Assembly: GCA_024679065.1 (NCBI GenBank)
Contig: JAGIQG010000004.1
Location: forward strand, 54,498,001-54,562,000
Source: Sphyrna mokarran
Taxonomy: Eukaryota
Length of the DNA: 64,000 bases
Direction: 5' to 3'
The position numbers and the translations under genes are program-made. The notes under the pieces were generated by a model. That model was given only the letters and a program-made list of their open reading frames with translations, was not told where the DNA came from and ran no database searches. Below, one piece after another: positions 13,901 through 24,685 of the stretch (position 1 is its first letter; each line of letters begins with the position of its first letter).

Positions 13901-16900
13901 AAAAAATATTCAATGACCTTGCTCACAACTTTCTGGGAAAGAGAATGCCAAAAACACACCATGTCTTGAGAGAGAGAAAAAAATCGCCCCGTTTTAAATG
14001 GGAGGTCTCTTAATGTTAAAGTGTCCCCTAACATTAGCTCCTACAAGAAAAACCATTTTCTCAGCAATCATCCTGTCAGGTCTCCTCAGGATCTATGTTT
14101 CTGAAAGATCACCCCCATTCTTCTAAACTTCATAGATATATGACCAAGCTGCCCCATCTTCCCTCATAAGATAATATCTTTGTTCCAGGAATCTGTGCAA
14201 TGAAATTGCTTCTAAAGAAATTACATCCTTTCTTAAGTAAGAAGGCAAAACTCCATATGTGTACTCCAGATGAAATGTGCATTTATACAGCGTTTCCAAC
14301 GAAGTAAAACCTCGAAAGATATTTCGCCGAGCATTATCAAACAAAACTGAATACCGACTCACATCACGTAAGCGCAGAAGCTGGGGTTCAAGAACAGTTT
14401 TAAAGAAGCCGGAGCTAGAACGGAGAGCGGTCTCCGAGCATAGGATGTAAACTACTGAGAACAAATTATTTTATTTTATATTTTAAATCTCAGCCAGCAG
14501 GAGACTATTTGGCTCATCATGTTTGCACTGACAACAATGCCATCCAAGCCCTATCCCCGTAGTTGCACATATTTACCCTGCTAATTCACTTGACACTAAG
14601 GATCAATTTAACATCGCCAATCAATCTAACCCGCACATCTTTTTGGAAGGAAACCGGAACACCCGGAGGAAACTAAAGCAGACACTGGGAGAATGTTCAA
14701 ACTCCACACAGTCACCAAAGGCTGGAATTGAGCATGGGTTCTGGCGCTTTAAGACAGCAGTTCTAATCACTGTGCCACCGTGATGATAACAATGACACTC
14801 CCATATATTGAATTGAAATGCTATAATTGCATGATATAAAATTTAATCTTTAAGAACCGATCTGTTTATCTATGTCATTTGGCAAGAATTTTGCGCGGAA
14901 TGAACTTTCAGTCTCAAACAGTTTGCATATCAACCTGCAGACCCAGATCTTTTCAAGCAAATATTCTCCCTCCTCTGGTTCCAAACCACCTTGATTATTT
15001 GCATTTATTCCCATTGATGTGACATTGAGATTGAATAAGGTCCACATTCACCCTATAATTTCAAGTTTGAACAGCTGCCTAGCTACATATCCAATAAATA
15101 ACTACAGGTTGGAGCATTTCCCCCGTTCACTGCTGTAAATGTTTTAAATCTTACCTTGAATATAGCTGACACTGGCGGGCACCTTAAGGGAAATATGAGA
15201 TGCCAGGCATGTATAAACTATTGGACTCTGGACAGGCTGTGCATCTTCCAAAGAACTGGTGACCTCAAAAAGACCATCCATCGTCTTGTTTCTCACAGTT
15301 TCTATTCCGGCCAGAATTTCCACACTATCTCTTCGCCAGGAGATTTTTAAATCCTCCGGGTAAAAGGCAGCCGTTTTACACTCGAACCTCAGAGAAGTCG
15401 CGGAAATCCCTTCGACCTGAATGAGTTTCAGGGGGGTTGGGGGAACTTTAATAGAGAAATATAAGGACTATTAATTGAGCATATTCTAATTCATCGACCA
15501 TCCATTGTGTTGTTACATTCCTAACGTGAGAATAATTGTCCGTGCTATCGTTTTTTTGGAAAAATGAATTCCTGTCTGCATTTATTTTAATTTTTTTTTC
15601 GCCGCGCACAGCAAATTGTTCCAATGTATTGCAAACTGTTTGGATGAATCGCCCAGACCTAGTGATAATTGATAAAACATCTGTCACTGTTCTGAATGGA
15701 AACACAGCTACTGGGATGAGATTAGTTTTTTGCAGCAAAGACCCTGAATGAGATTTCTTGTTCGAATCTATGGTAAACCAGGCACAATCCACTGAATTCT
15801 CTCACATTTTTCTGCAAGAGTCGTGGTCATAATAAACATTCTTATTAAAAATCAATTGTCCGAATATTTCATGTATTGTGAAATATATTTTGTTTTAACA
15901 ATCGATATTGAGAACATATACGTAACTGAAATGTACAATATGCACTGCAAGGACTCAACGTTCCTTAGGCAGCACCTTCCAAGCCATAACGATCACCATC
16001 TAGGAGGACAAGAGCCAAGGAGGTTCCCCTCCAAGTCACTCACCATCCTGACTCGGAAATATATGTACACCAGGGACTGCAGCGGTTCAAAAAGGCGGCT
16101 CACCACCGAGTTCTTAAGGGCAACTAAGGATGGGCAATAAATGCTGGTCCAGTGAATTTTCCGTAAATTAATTTTGAAAAAGCATGCCCAATATCTGTAA
16201 AGATCCCAGGCAAGATATTACTTTATTTATATGTAAAAATCCATGCTTTTATTAAAGAACATTTCTATGAAAGGTGTTTCCGATCGTGTAGCATCCACAA
16301 AAGGAACCGTTCCCAGAGGAGCGACCGAGGGCGAACGCAAATTTTTAATCAGGAAAGGGCTTTATTGTTAATTCTTCATGGGTGTATAGATCACAACATC
16401 CATGCAGAGTGAAGACAAATAAAAACATCTTTACACAGAATGCATGTGTTATATAATTCCATGCGTTTTGCCCGTCTATAATTTCATTTATGGAACATGC
16501 TTGGTCTGGAGAATTTCCTCTCATATCAATCCCACGTTTAAAATTTTCAAATGTGAAATTGTGAAATTGTGTCCGCTTGTTCTATAATCACTGTTTAACT
16601 GGAAGTAAATTCCCTCATTAGGTTACATACATTTGCAAATTATAATCAATCTCCTTAATATATTTTATTTAGAATTCTACTTTGCCGACATTGCAGCAAT
16701 AGCAATTCACACGCATTATTAACTTTTAGAATTATGTTAGTCTTTATTCCCAACAAAGGCTGAGAATTCCTCCATTATTTTCCCAAGGATCTGTTTTAGG
16801 TACATACCAAACAGAATTCCCTCTGGCCGGAAAAAGTCAATGTTCTCTCGGTCTCCTGCCTCAACTTCCTTCTACATATGTTGACTGTGCATGGAAATTA

Positions 16901-19448
16901 CAAATACGGGACCTCAGACGTTCTATAAAATATTCGATGACATCCACTTTACCGGTTGTGAGTGGATCAGAGAAAGTCTTTTTGGTGTATCCCAAAGATA
17001 CAAACAAGGGCCTTGAGCACCTTAACTGTCCTGCAAGGTCTAGGGGTGGAATCCAGCATTGAGGACACGATCAACATATACCCTCTCACTAGTTTGTAGG
17101 ATCTCGTTGTAAAAAGAGTTCGGAATTTCAACCAAATCATTAACGGACACAAGTGCAAAATACAAACTGCGGATAGAGAAACAGGGGTCCATTCGGCCCC
17201 GCTAGCTTACTCTACCATTCCTTTAAGTCATGTCTGGTCCATTTGTCCGACTTAGTTTGATTCTCTTGAAACCTACGATTTATTTCCCTTGATATGCATT
17301 GCAAATTTAGAACTACTCGATTATTCGATTGCAATTTTAAACAGGGACTGACAAGATACTTTGTGTATGGAATACTCATGACTGTAAGTAGGCCAGTTTT
17401 CGCCTGAATGGATACAAGAGGCACCTTATTGGGACGAATAAGATGGTCATTAATTTTGCAGAACTTAGTTAATTTAGGCAGTGTTAAAATCAATCAAAGA
17501 TCGTAAATCTGAAACCTTGACTCTGTCCGCAGATGTTCAATGACTTGTTTTCTGTTTTTATTTCAGGTTCCAAGCATATGAAACATTTTGCTTTTGTACA
17601 AAAATTGTCCTCAGTGTTGAACCTTGGCGCCGTTATTTTGGTGAGAGCAATCTCATCCCGTCGACTAATCGCAAACTGAGATTGCAACATAATCCCGCTT
17701 CATTGTTTTGGTGCAAAAATAGTTGCTACTTCACACAAGGCACACATTGGGTGAAATGTTACGAGGACGCGAGTGGGTGAAATTGATCTTGAGCAATGGC
17801 ACAAAGTGGGCGAGAGGGAATCGAGGGAGGACCATTCTATAACAAGGTCAAGGCAGTGTAAAATAAATCCAGCAGTATAAAATAAATTCATCATTATCAG
17901 GTTTTCATCTAGTGATAGAAGTTCAAATAACATAAGTCACACATAGCTGAAAAGTACCCTTTCCCGGTAGTTTGAAACTTACCGTACACAGTGAGCTGGG
18001 AACCACTTCCATCCCCAATCTTGTTATGTTGATGTTTTACTGAACAGTGATACATTCCGGAGTCTGCAACACTCGCATTCAGAACTTCAAATGAACTACT
18101 GCCCTTCTTTAGATAGATTTTCTTTCTGTTGTCTGATTCCAGAATAGATTCCTCGCCCCGTTTCCACCAAGAAACTTCAGGATCGCTTTCCAGCATGGGA
18201 AATGTGCAGAACATGGAAGCATTTTCACCCCTGGCAACCGTCAAGTGTTTAGGGAACTGATCCACTTTGCTGCAAGTTAGTTTAGCGGCTATAATAAAGA
18301 GTAAAGAAAAGAGTAAAGATGACTAGAAAGAAAAATAATAGAGGAAAAAGAAAGAGACATCAGCAGTCACATTAGATAAGGACAGCATCTATTTTTACAA
18401 TGCATACAGTTGTAGACGTAAAATACAATTTAAGCTGTTCTAAAACGGCGAAGTAAGAACTCAGGTTACCTAGCCAAACCAGGCTCAGAAGAGTCATGTA
18501 CTGAATTGTAACTTTCATCGACATGTTGTCAAGTGAACAAAAAATGATATGGATAATTTTTGTTCAGGAGGAGATATCCTGAATGGTTTGGGCAAGAAAT
18601 TGATTTCTTAGATAAATATATAAAACGGAGAAACCATTATATAGGTTATCACATGACCGAAATAGCCTATTGGTCCCCATTATAACTGTGTGTAAGAATC
18701 TGAAAAGTAGGAGGTCCCTTCCTAACTGCGGGCCTGAAGGCTTCCATCCTGAGAGCAATTTTGTTTCTGCAACTCTCAAGGCAACGCATTCTTGAACACC
18801 CAGGCACAGGCGCGGCTGTCCTCCAACACGTCATCTGAGGATTAGCTGAGCTCCTCAGTCCTTAAATCATTCCAGTAAATCTGTGTTGTATCTATTGAAG
18901 TCCTTTACAACCTTCAGATCTCAAGGAACACTCCAAACTGAGGTTGAGCTGGCGATTTTTAAAAGGTTTAGTACAACTTGCTTGCTGTATCTTGCATGCC
19001 TTGTTTGTCCGGTCACTTTCAAGATTTTGTCCATGCGCCTCGAGACCACTACTTTCAGTGACATTTGCATCGTTTTGGAGATCAATAAAATGGAGTTATT
19101 CTTTTCCTTTCGTCTTCTCATGGGTTGTAAGGATCGCTTGCAAGGCCAATTCCTAACTGTCCTCTTCAGAAGATTATGGCAAGCCTCAGAGTTCCGTCTT
19201 TAGTGGCAGATGTTGGTCGTGGGCATAAAAGTAAGTGATCTAACACAAGAACCAATTAGGGATACAGTGGTGACAATTATACCACTAACACGTCCTCACA
19301 ATGCTATGGTGACATTGATTGATGAAGGATGATGCCCATCTGAACTGTCCTCCCTTATTGAATCCTAGTAATTGACTAACGCTTTACCACTAAGTACGAA
19401 AATCCTATTTACACAGCGACTTACAATGAATAACTTCTGAGGGAGCAT
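7772..19448 (-). CDS. Spliced gene: germline-joined VJ-C1-TM-ITIM immunoglobulin-superfamily receptor (non-rearranging antigen-receptor-like / SIRP-like), 347 aa (351 aa with microexon)
   Basis: Exons 19425-19448, 18470-18500, 17983-18288, 15155-15445, 13268-13372, 12785-12828, (9314-9329), 8485-8589/8585 and 7772-7909 are bounded by GT-AG introns with compatible phases and give one stop-free frame: MLPQKLFIYMTLLSLVWLAAKLTCS-KVDQFP...DSGMYHC...GDGSGSQLTVY-VPPTP...CKTAAFYP...W...YTCLASH...-LPLIFGCAGGALAILLLIIIL-...LAYATV...IVYSQ...LTYAAL...ALYAEV..ERS*. Confidence 0.9.
8485..8589 (-). CDS. Cytoplasmic exon with Tyr motifs LAYATV and IVYSQ
   Basis: ttttacag|ACAG|AAAAC tandem acceptors and CAG|GTACAT donor; TENGTDNSLAYATVKIDTRKKANPRQREENIVYSQ. 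Confidence 0.85.
8895..9180 (-). mobile_element. tRNA-derived SINE (HE1-like)
   Basis: acctgcacatc...ggaggaaacc...aaactccaca...gaacccggg...tgtgaggcaacggtgctaacc; similar copies at 14495-14785, 30250-30525, 31330-31570, 38580-38730 and 48140-48430 (-), and 40748-41070 and 47340-47625 (+). Confidence 0.8.
9314..9329 (-). CDS. Candidate 16-nt cytoplasmic microexon (ARQKP)
   Basis: ttattgttacag|GCTAGACAAAAGCCAG|gtgagg; strong sites, and in frame only when the distal acceptor at 8585 is used. Confidence 0.55.
9860..10065. repeat. Palindromic (hairpin) repeat, probably Penelope-derived, inserted in an older LINE tail
   Basis: aatgctggaa...aaatctcagtaggtctgacagcat / atgctgtcagacctgctgagatttccagcatt; related pieces at 19940-20040, 36640-36735 and 54465-54600. 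Confidence 0.6.
10430..11580 (-). mobile_element. Decayed CR1 LINE with nested SINE (~11010-11185)
   Basis: CR1 3' tail at 10445-10560; ORF2 remnant LLGLKADNSP...SQNSLDSGKVPVD. Confidence 0.7.
12785..12828 (-). CDS. Cytoplasmic exon 1 (GDNRNSVEAAQTEEQ)
   Basis: tttctcttctag|GCG...CAG|gtagga, 44 nt, phase 1->0. Confidence 0.85.
13268..13372 (-). CDS. Transmembrane exon (uncharged TM)
   Basis: ttgtag|ACAGT...GCTG|gtaagt, 105 nt, phase 1-1; DSDVNLPLIFGCAGGALAILLLIIILTRLKLKASA. Confidence 0.92.
13740..14270 (-). mobile_element. CR1 LINE 3' end
   Basis: ggaggccattc tail; YLRKDVISLEA remnant. Confidence 0.7.
15155..15445 (-). CDS. Ig C1-set domain exon
   Basis: 291 nt, phase 1-1, missed by the ORF track; VPPTPLKLIQ...FECKTAAFYPEDLKISWRRD...DGLFEVTSSL...YTCLASHISLKVP carries the C1 hallmarks C-xxxx-FYP, W and YxCxxxH. 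Confidence 0.93.
17983..18288 (-). CDS. VJ-type Ig variable domain exon (germline-joined J-like G strand)
   Basis: Long pyrimidine tract + TAG acceptor and G|GTAAGT donor, 306 nt, phase 1-1; B-strand Cys (SMFC), C-strand Trp (VSWW), DSGMYHC, di-glycine bulge GDGSGSQLTV. Confidence 0.95.
18470..18500 (-). CDS. VJ-C1 receptor leader mini-exon L2 (YMTLLSLVWL, 31 nt)
   Basis: ttcag|TAC...CTAG|gtaac; phase 0->1 links L1 to the V exon and supplies the hydrophobic core of the signal peptide. Confidence 0.75.
19425..19448 (-). CDS. VJ-C1 receptor leader exon L1 (MLPQKLFI)
   Basis: ATG at 19448 and phase-0 donor ATT|GTAAGT; resembles the paralogue leader MLPRKLIL at 37613. Confidence 0.75.
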
Positions 19449-19468
19449 GGGCCAAACTCTTTCCACAG

Positions 19469-19573
19469 ATGCAAATGAACGTGGCAGCTGTTTGTGATGT
19501 TTCCCGCCACTGCTACTGAAATTCTTCTGGGGAAGAGCAAAGCTACGTAACAATTTCTATTAGGAAATTTTCC
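19469..19573 (-). promoter_or_regulatory. Motif cluster upstream of the receptor ATG: octamer/decamer TCATTTGCAT, E-boxes, NF-kB-like GGAAAATTTCC
   Basis: ATGCAAAT at 19469-19476 (+), CAGCTG near 19486, GGAAATTTTCC at 19563-19573; motif matches only. Confidence 0.35.
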
Positions 19574-22069
19574 AGCAAGTTCGGCAGCAGTAAAAGGGAC
19601 AATAAAAGACTACAGTTCAATGATTTCCTATGCAATAGTACTTTGGGGCTGATGAGATTAAAATACTAAATGTTGGAAACGTCAAATTAAATATAAAATA
19701 TTGACCTTATAATATCTGTAGAAAAATGAATCACATTACAGTTGGCAGGGTTCATGCTGACTTGATATTGCGACGTCCCTCGTGTGGTGCTTAATAACAT
19801 CAGAACAAATTCGGCCATTTAGCTCTTTCAGCATGTTCCGCCATTCAGTGAGACAATAGCTGGTCTGAAACCTAATATTTCATACCTTACATGTGACATT
19901 TGCCGGCTGCTCGCAAATGTTACGAGAGAAAAACATGCGGGTGCTGACAATCTGAAATAAAGACAGGAGGGGCTGGAAATTCTCTGCCGATCAGGAAGCA
20001 TCTCTGAAGAGAGAATCAGTAACGTTTCATGTGATCTTTGAACAGAACTAGGAAAACGGTTATAATGTAATATGTTTTGAGCAAAGGGAGAGTGGGGTAG
20101 ATCGCAGGAGAGACTGAAAGACAGGCGAGTTAGTCGTATAGTGTTATAGGGGACAAGAAAAATAAACAATAAGTCGGAAGATGTGCTTGAAGGTGCTGTC
20201 CGAAAACAGGAAACTCCGAAATATGCAAAGAAAAGGAACAAAATGGGAGATCAATATTTGAAGTTGTTCAATTTAATTTAAGTCCGGAAGTTCACAAAGT
20301 TCCGAATCTATAAATGAGATTCTGTTACAGCAGCTTACATTGAGTTTTCAATGGAACCTATGCAGCAGGTTGCTCACCTACAGGTCAACTTGTGAGCAAG
20401 GCGGAGAATTAAAATGACTTCTAATAGTAGCTCGAGGGCATGTTTGCAAATACCACTGCATTTCCAAGAGCTGTGCTTCTTTCAATCATCTAGTCCAGAA
20501 TAAAGTATCTGTTTTATAGTGAAGATGTCAATTAATTCAAAAGTGAATGTTGGGTACAGTTTAAGTAAAAGTTGCTTTTGCTATGTTCATAGGGTATCTG
20601 GAGGAAATTAGATTTCATGGCTAATATTTAAACCCCATCCAACATCACTGATATAAACCTGGCGAGTATCAGTATTTTGTGTGACTCTACTGTAAACAAG
20701 CTGTGGATCATCTCCTATGACAGTATCTATACTTCAACAAGTACTTCGGCTGTGAAACTGTTTGTGAGGTCCCATGATTGAGAAAGGCACTATATAAATG
20801 TTCTCTTCTTCATATCTTACATAAGTAATGGGTATTTTTCAACAAATGTGATGTGCAACTCATCACGCCATCTTCTCTGCAGCTTGAAATCTATCTATAA
20901 GAAGCACTGAATTGTTTATTGAAGATAGTATGTGATGGTAGTTACAACAGATGGAGATGCGTTTGAACTTTTGGAATAAACTCAATGTTATTTTTCTTTC
21001 CGCTACATTGCTATGTCCTTAAGTCTTCCACAGTGTGTTACTCGGCTCAGATACAACTTGAGAGGCTAATTTAATATTAGATACTTAAAATAGTAAAATG
21101 ATATGAAATAGATCACAACAGTCATCGATAAAGAGTTTTATATTTCATTTTCATTTAAGTGACCATTTTGATAGTTTAGAGTTCATTTTGCAGCATTTCT
21201 GTCACTTCTGAAAAGCCTTATTCCCCATGTACTGATCAAGCCCTTATTGCTGCAGGTGTTCTTTTTACAAAGGCCAACAAACCATGAATCTTTGCATCTT
21301 GTCAGATGGATTGCCATAGAGTTCTCCCTTATATTATTTCCCCCCTACCAGCATTACTAATTGCTAATGATCACATTACTTTTTATGTGACCTTCCGTTT
21401 TGCTAATTGTCAGTCATCTTTCTCGAGATTACAATAGCTGAAAACGCTTCAAAAATACTTTATGATTGTGAAGGCTCTGTGGAGTGGTTGTGTTGCTATA
21501 AGAGTGGCTTCTTATTTTTCTAGTGCTATTAATGGGATTTTGCGATTAGAAATATGTTTCCAGGTTTGTTTACTTCAAAAGCAATTAATGTGAAGCACAT
21601 TCGGAAATTTCAGAAGCTATATAGTATTGTGTTTCATATGAATGCAGGCCGTTCTATCTTTCATCACTGAGGCATAACTGGGAAAAAATGAAAAATTAAT
21701 AAGAATTTGGAATTTCCAAGCATCCTGGGAAGTTAGTGAATCAAATGTTTGTTAAGCCGATTACGATGGTTCAGTCGAAGTTTCGTGGCAGATGCCACAG
21801 CAATCAGTAATAAGCTTTTCTCACTGTGAAAATAAAACTTCCCCTTCTAATGAAAACTCAGAGCGCGGGCTCCAGATTCCAAAAAATAGATGGACGTTCT
21901 ACTGCTGGGATTAGAAATTGCTTCCTCATTTGGGCGAGTTCAGGGCTAGGGGGCACTGTTTTGAAATTAGGGGTCGCCCTTTCAGGGCAGTGATTATTTT
22001 TTCTCTCTCTCTGAGAGTTGTGCAACTTTGGAACCCTCTGCCTGAGAAGGAGTTGGTAGCAGAGTCAAA

Positions 22070-24685
22070 AACAAAGAATGAAGAAAAGTACAGCACAGGA
22101 ACAGGCCCTTTGGTCCTTCAAGCCTACAAAACCATGCTGCCCAACTGAAATAAAACTCTCTTTTATTCCAGGGATCATATCCCTCTATTCCTACGTATTT
22201 GTCAAAAAACCCTTAAAAGTCACTATCATATTTGCTTCCACGACCTCTAACCTGGGAGCGAGTTCCAGGCATCCACTACCCTCTGTGTAAAAACAAAACT
22301 TGCCTTGTACATCTCCTTTAATCTCTGCCTCACGCATCATAAACCTATGCCCTCTAGTTATTGACTCTTCCACCTGATCTGACTATCAACTCTGTCCACA
22401 CTACTCATAATCTTGTAGACTTCTATCAGGTTGCCCCCTCAACCTCTGTCATTCCAGCAAAATCAAACCAAGTTTCTCCAATCTTACCTCATAATTTACG
22501 TCCTCCATACCAGGCAACATTCTGGTAAATTTTTTCTGTACCCTTTCCAAAGCCTCCACATCCTTCTGATAGCATGGTGACCAGAAATAACACTATATTC
22601 CAAGTGTGGCCTAACTGAGGTTCTATGAAACTGCAGCATGACTTGCCAATTTTTAAACTCAATGCTCTGGCTAATGAAGCCAAGCAAGCCATTTGCCTTC
22701 TTGACTACCTTATCCACCTGCGATGCCACTTTCAGTGCCTGTGTACCTGCATTTCCAGATCCCTCTGCCTATCAATACTCTTCAGGGTTCTGCCATTTAT
22801 TGTGTATTTCCCAACCATATTACACCTTCCAAAATGCATTACCTCGCATTTGTCTAGATTAAACTCCATCTGCCATCTGACTGCCCATGTCTCCAACTGA
22901 TCCATATCCTGCTTTATCCTCTGATGGCCCTCATTGCTATACACAATCCAACAACATTTTGTGTCATGTGTAAACTTACTAATCAAAGCAGTTACATTTT
23001 CCTCCAAATCATTTATATATATTACAAACAGTAAAGGTCTCAGCACTGATCCCTGAGGGACACCACTTGTCAGAACCCTCCATTCTGAAACACACCCTTC
23101 CACTGCTACCCTCTGCCTTCTATGACGAAGCCAGTCCTGCATCTGCTTTGCCAGATCACCTCTGATCCTGCGGACTTCACCTTCTGTACCAGTCTACCAT
23201 GAGAGATCTTGTCAAAGGCCTTACTGAAGTCCACGTAGGCAACACCCACTGTCTTTCTCTCATCAATCATCTTCATTGCTTCCTCAAAAAACTTGATGAA
23301 GTTAGTGAAAGACAACCTCCCTTCACAAAACCATGTTGCCGCTAGCTAATACATCCACTTAATTCCAGTGGGAGTAAATCCTGTCTCAAAGAACCCTCTT
23401 CAATAATTTCCCACGACTGATGTAAAGCTCACTAGCCTGTAATTACCTGTAATATCCTTGCTACCCTTCTTAAACAAAGGAAAAACATTGGTTATTCTGC
23501 AATCTTCTGGGACTTCTCCACTACAGTAAGAAGTCTCACAACACCAGGTTAAAGTCCAACAGTTTATTTGGTAGCACAAGCCACAAGCTTTAGGAGCACT
23601 GCCCCTTCATCAGGACTCACAAAACTTACCTGTTGAAATAAACCTGCGATCAAATAAACTTGTTGGACTTTAGCCTCTCGTTCTGAGACTTATTGCTGTG
23701 TTTACTCCAGTCCAATGCCAGCATCTCCACATCATGATCTTCCTTGCAGCCAATGAGGATGCAAAGACTTCTCTCAAGGCCCCAGCAGTTTCCTCCCTTG
23801 CCTCTCTCAATATTCTGTGATATATCCCTTCTGACCCTGGGGACTTAATTACTTTAACTTTTCTGAAGAACCCCAATACTTCCTCCTTTTTAATCTCAAC
23901 ATGATCCAAACTATCCTTCTCTTTGGTTAATATTGATGCAAAGTACTTATTTACATCTCGCCCATTTCCTCTGGCTCCATGCGTAGATTCCCTCCCCTGT
24001 CCTTGAATGGGCCAAACCTCACCCTGGCTACCCTCTTGCTGTTTATATATGGATAAAGAGCCTTGGGATTTTCCTCAATCCTGCTGGCAAATAACTTTTT
24101 GTGACCCCCTTTAACCAGCCTTACTCCTTGCTTAAGTTTCTTTCTACTTTCCTCGTATTCCACATTTGGTTCATGTGTTCCCAGTCTCTTAGCCTTGACA
24201 AATGCTTCTTTTTTCTCTTTGACTAGGCTCACAATATCTCTCTTATCCAAGTTTCCCGAAACTTGGCAAACATATCCTTCATCCTTACAGGAATGTGCTG
24301 GCCTTGAATTTCTGTCAACCTACACTTGAAAGCCTGCCACACATATCAGCTGTTGATTTGTCCTCAAACGTCTGCCCCAATCTACATTTTTCAGTTCCTG
24401 CCTAATATTATTGTAATTAGCCTTGCCCAATTTAGCTCATTCACTAGAAGATTGCGTTTTCTTTATCCGTCAGTACGTTAAAGCTTGCTGAATTGTAGGC
24501 ACTGTTCCTGAACTGCTCCCGTACCAAAACATTGACCAGCTGACCAGGATCATTCCCCAATACTAGATCTAGTATGGCCCCTTCCCTAGTTGGACAATCT
24601 ACATACTGTTTCAAGAGGGCCTGCTGGATACTCCTTACAAACTTTGCCCCATGCTCGCTCCTAGCACGAAGTGAGCCCAATCAGT
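22070..24685 (-). mobile_element. CR1 LINE ORF2 (endonuclease C-terminus + RT), nested inside an older plus-strand CR1 3' end (21915-22065 / 24720-24870)
   Basis: PTREGAILDLVL, DFSKAFDKISH, SGVPQGSVLRPLLFVIYINDL, WQMEFNLDKCEVMHFG; frameshifted. Confidence 0.92.
23524..23737. mobile_element. Short Penelope terminal-repeat (inverted pLTR) insertion within CR1
   Basis: cagtaagaagtctcacaacaccaggttaaagtccaac ... ttggacttta ... ccagtccaatgccagcatctccacatcatga, same termini as 51905-54289. Confidence 0.75.

Noticed and set aside
17987-17993. RSS heptamer CACAGTG inside the V exon
   Set aside because: It is just the codons for L-T-V of the J-like strand, and there is no nonamer at 12 or 23 spacing, so no support for RAG rearrangement
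18780-19240. Overlapping ORFs in the first intron of the receptor
   Set aside because: The minus strand reads as a very old CR1 3' fragment; no splice support
7772-19448. Naming the receptor NCR3/NKp30, SIRPA, TCR or IgL
   Set aside because: The domain plan fits none exactly (C1 present, single C1, uncharged TM, ITIM tail); orthology needs a phylogeny
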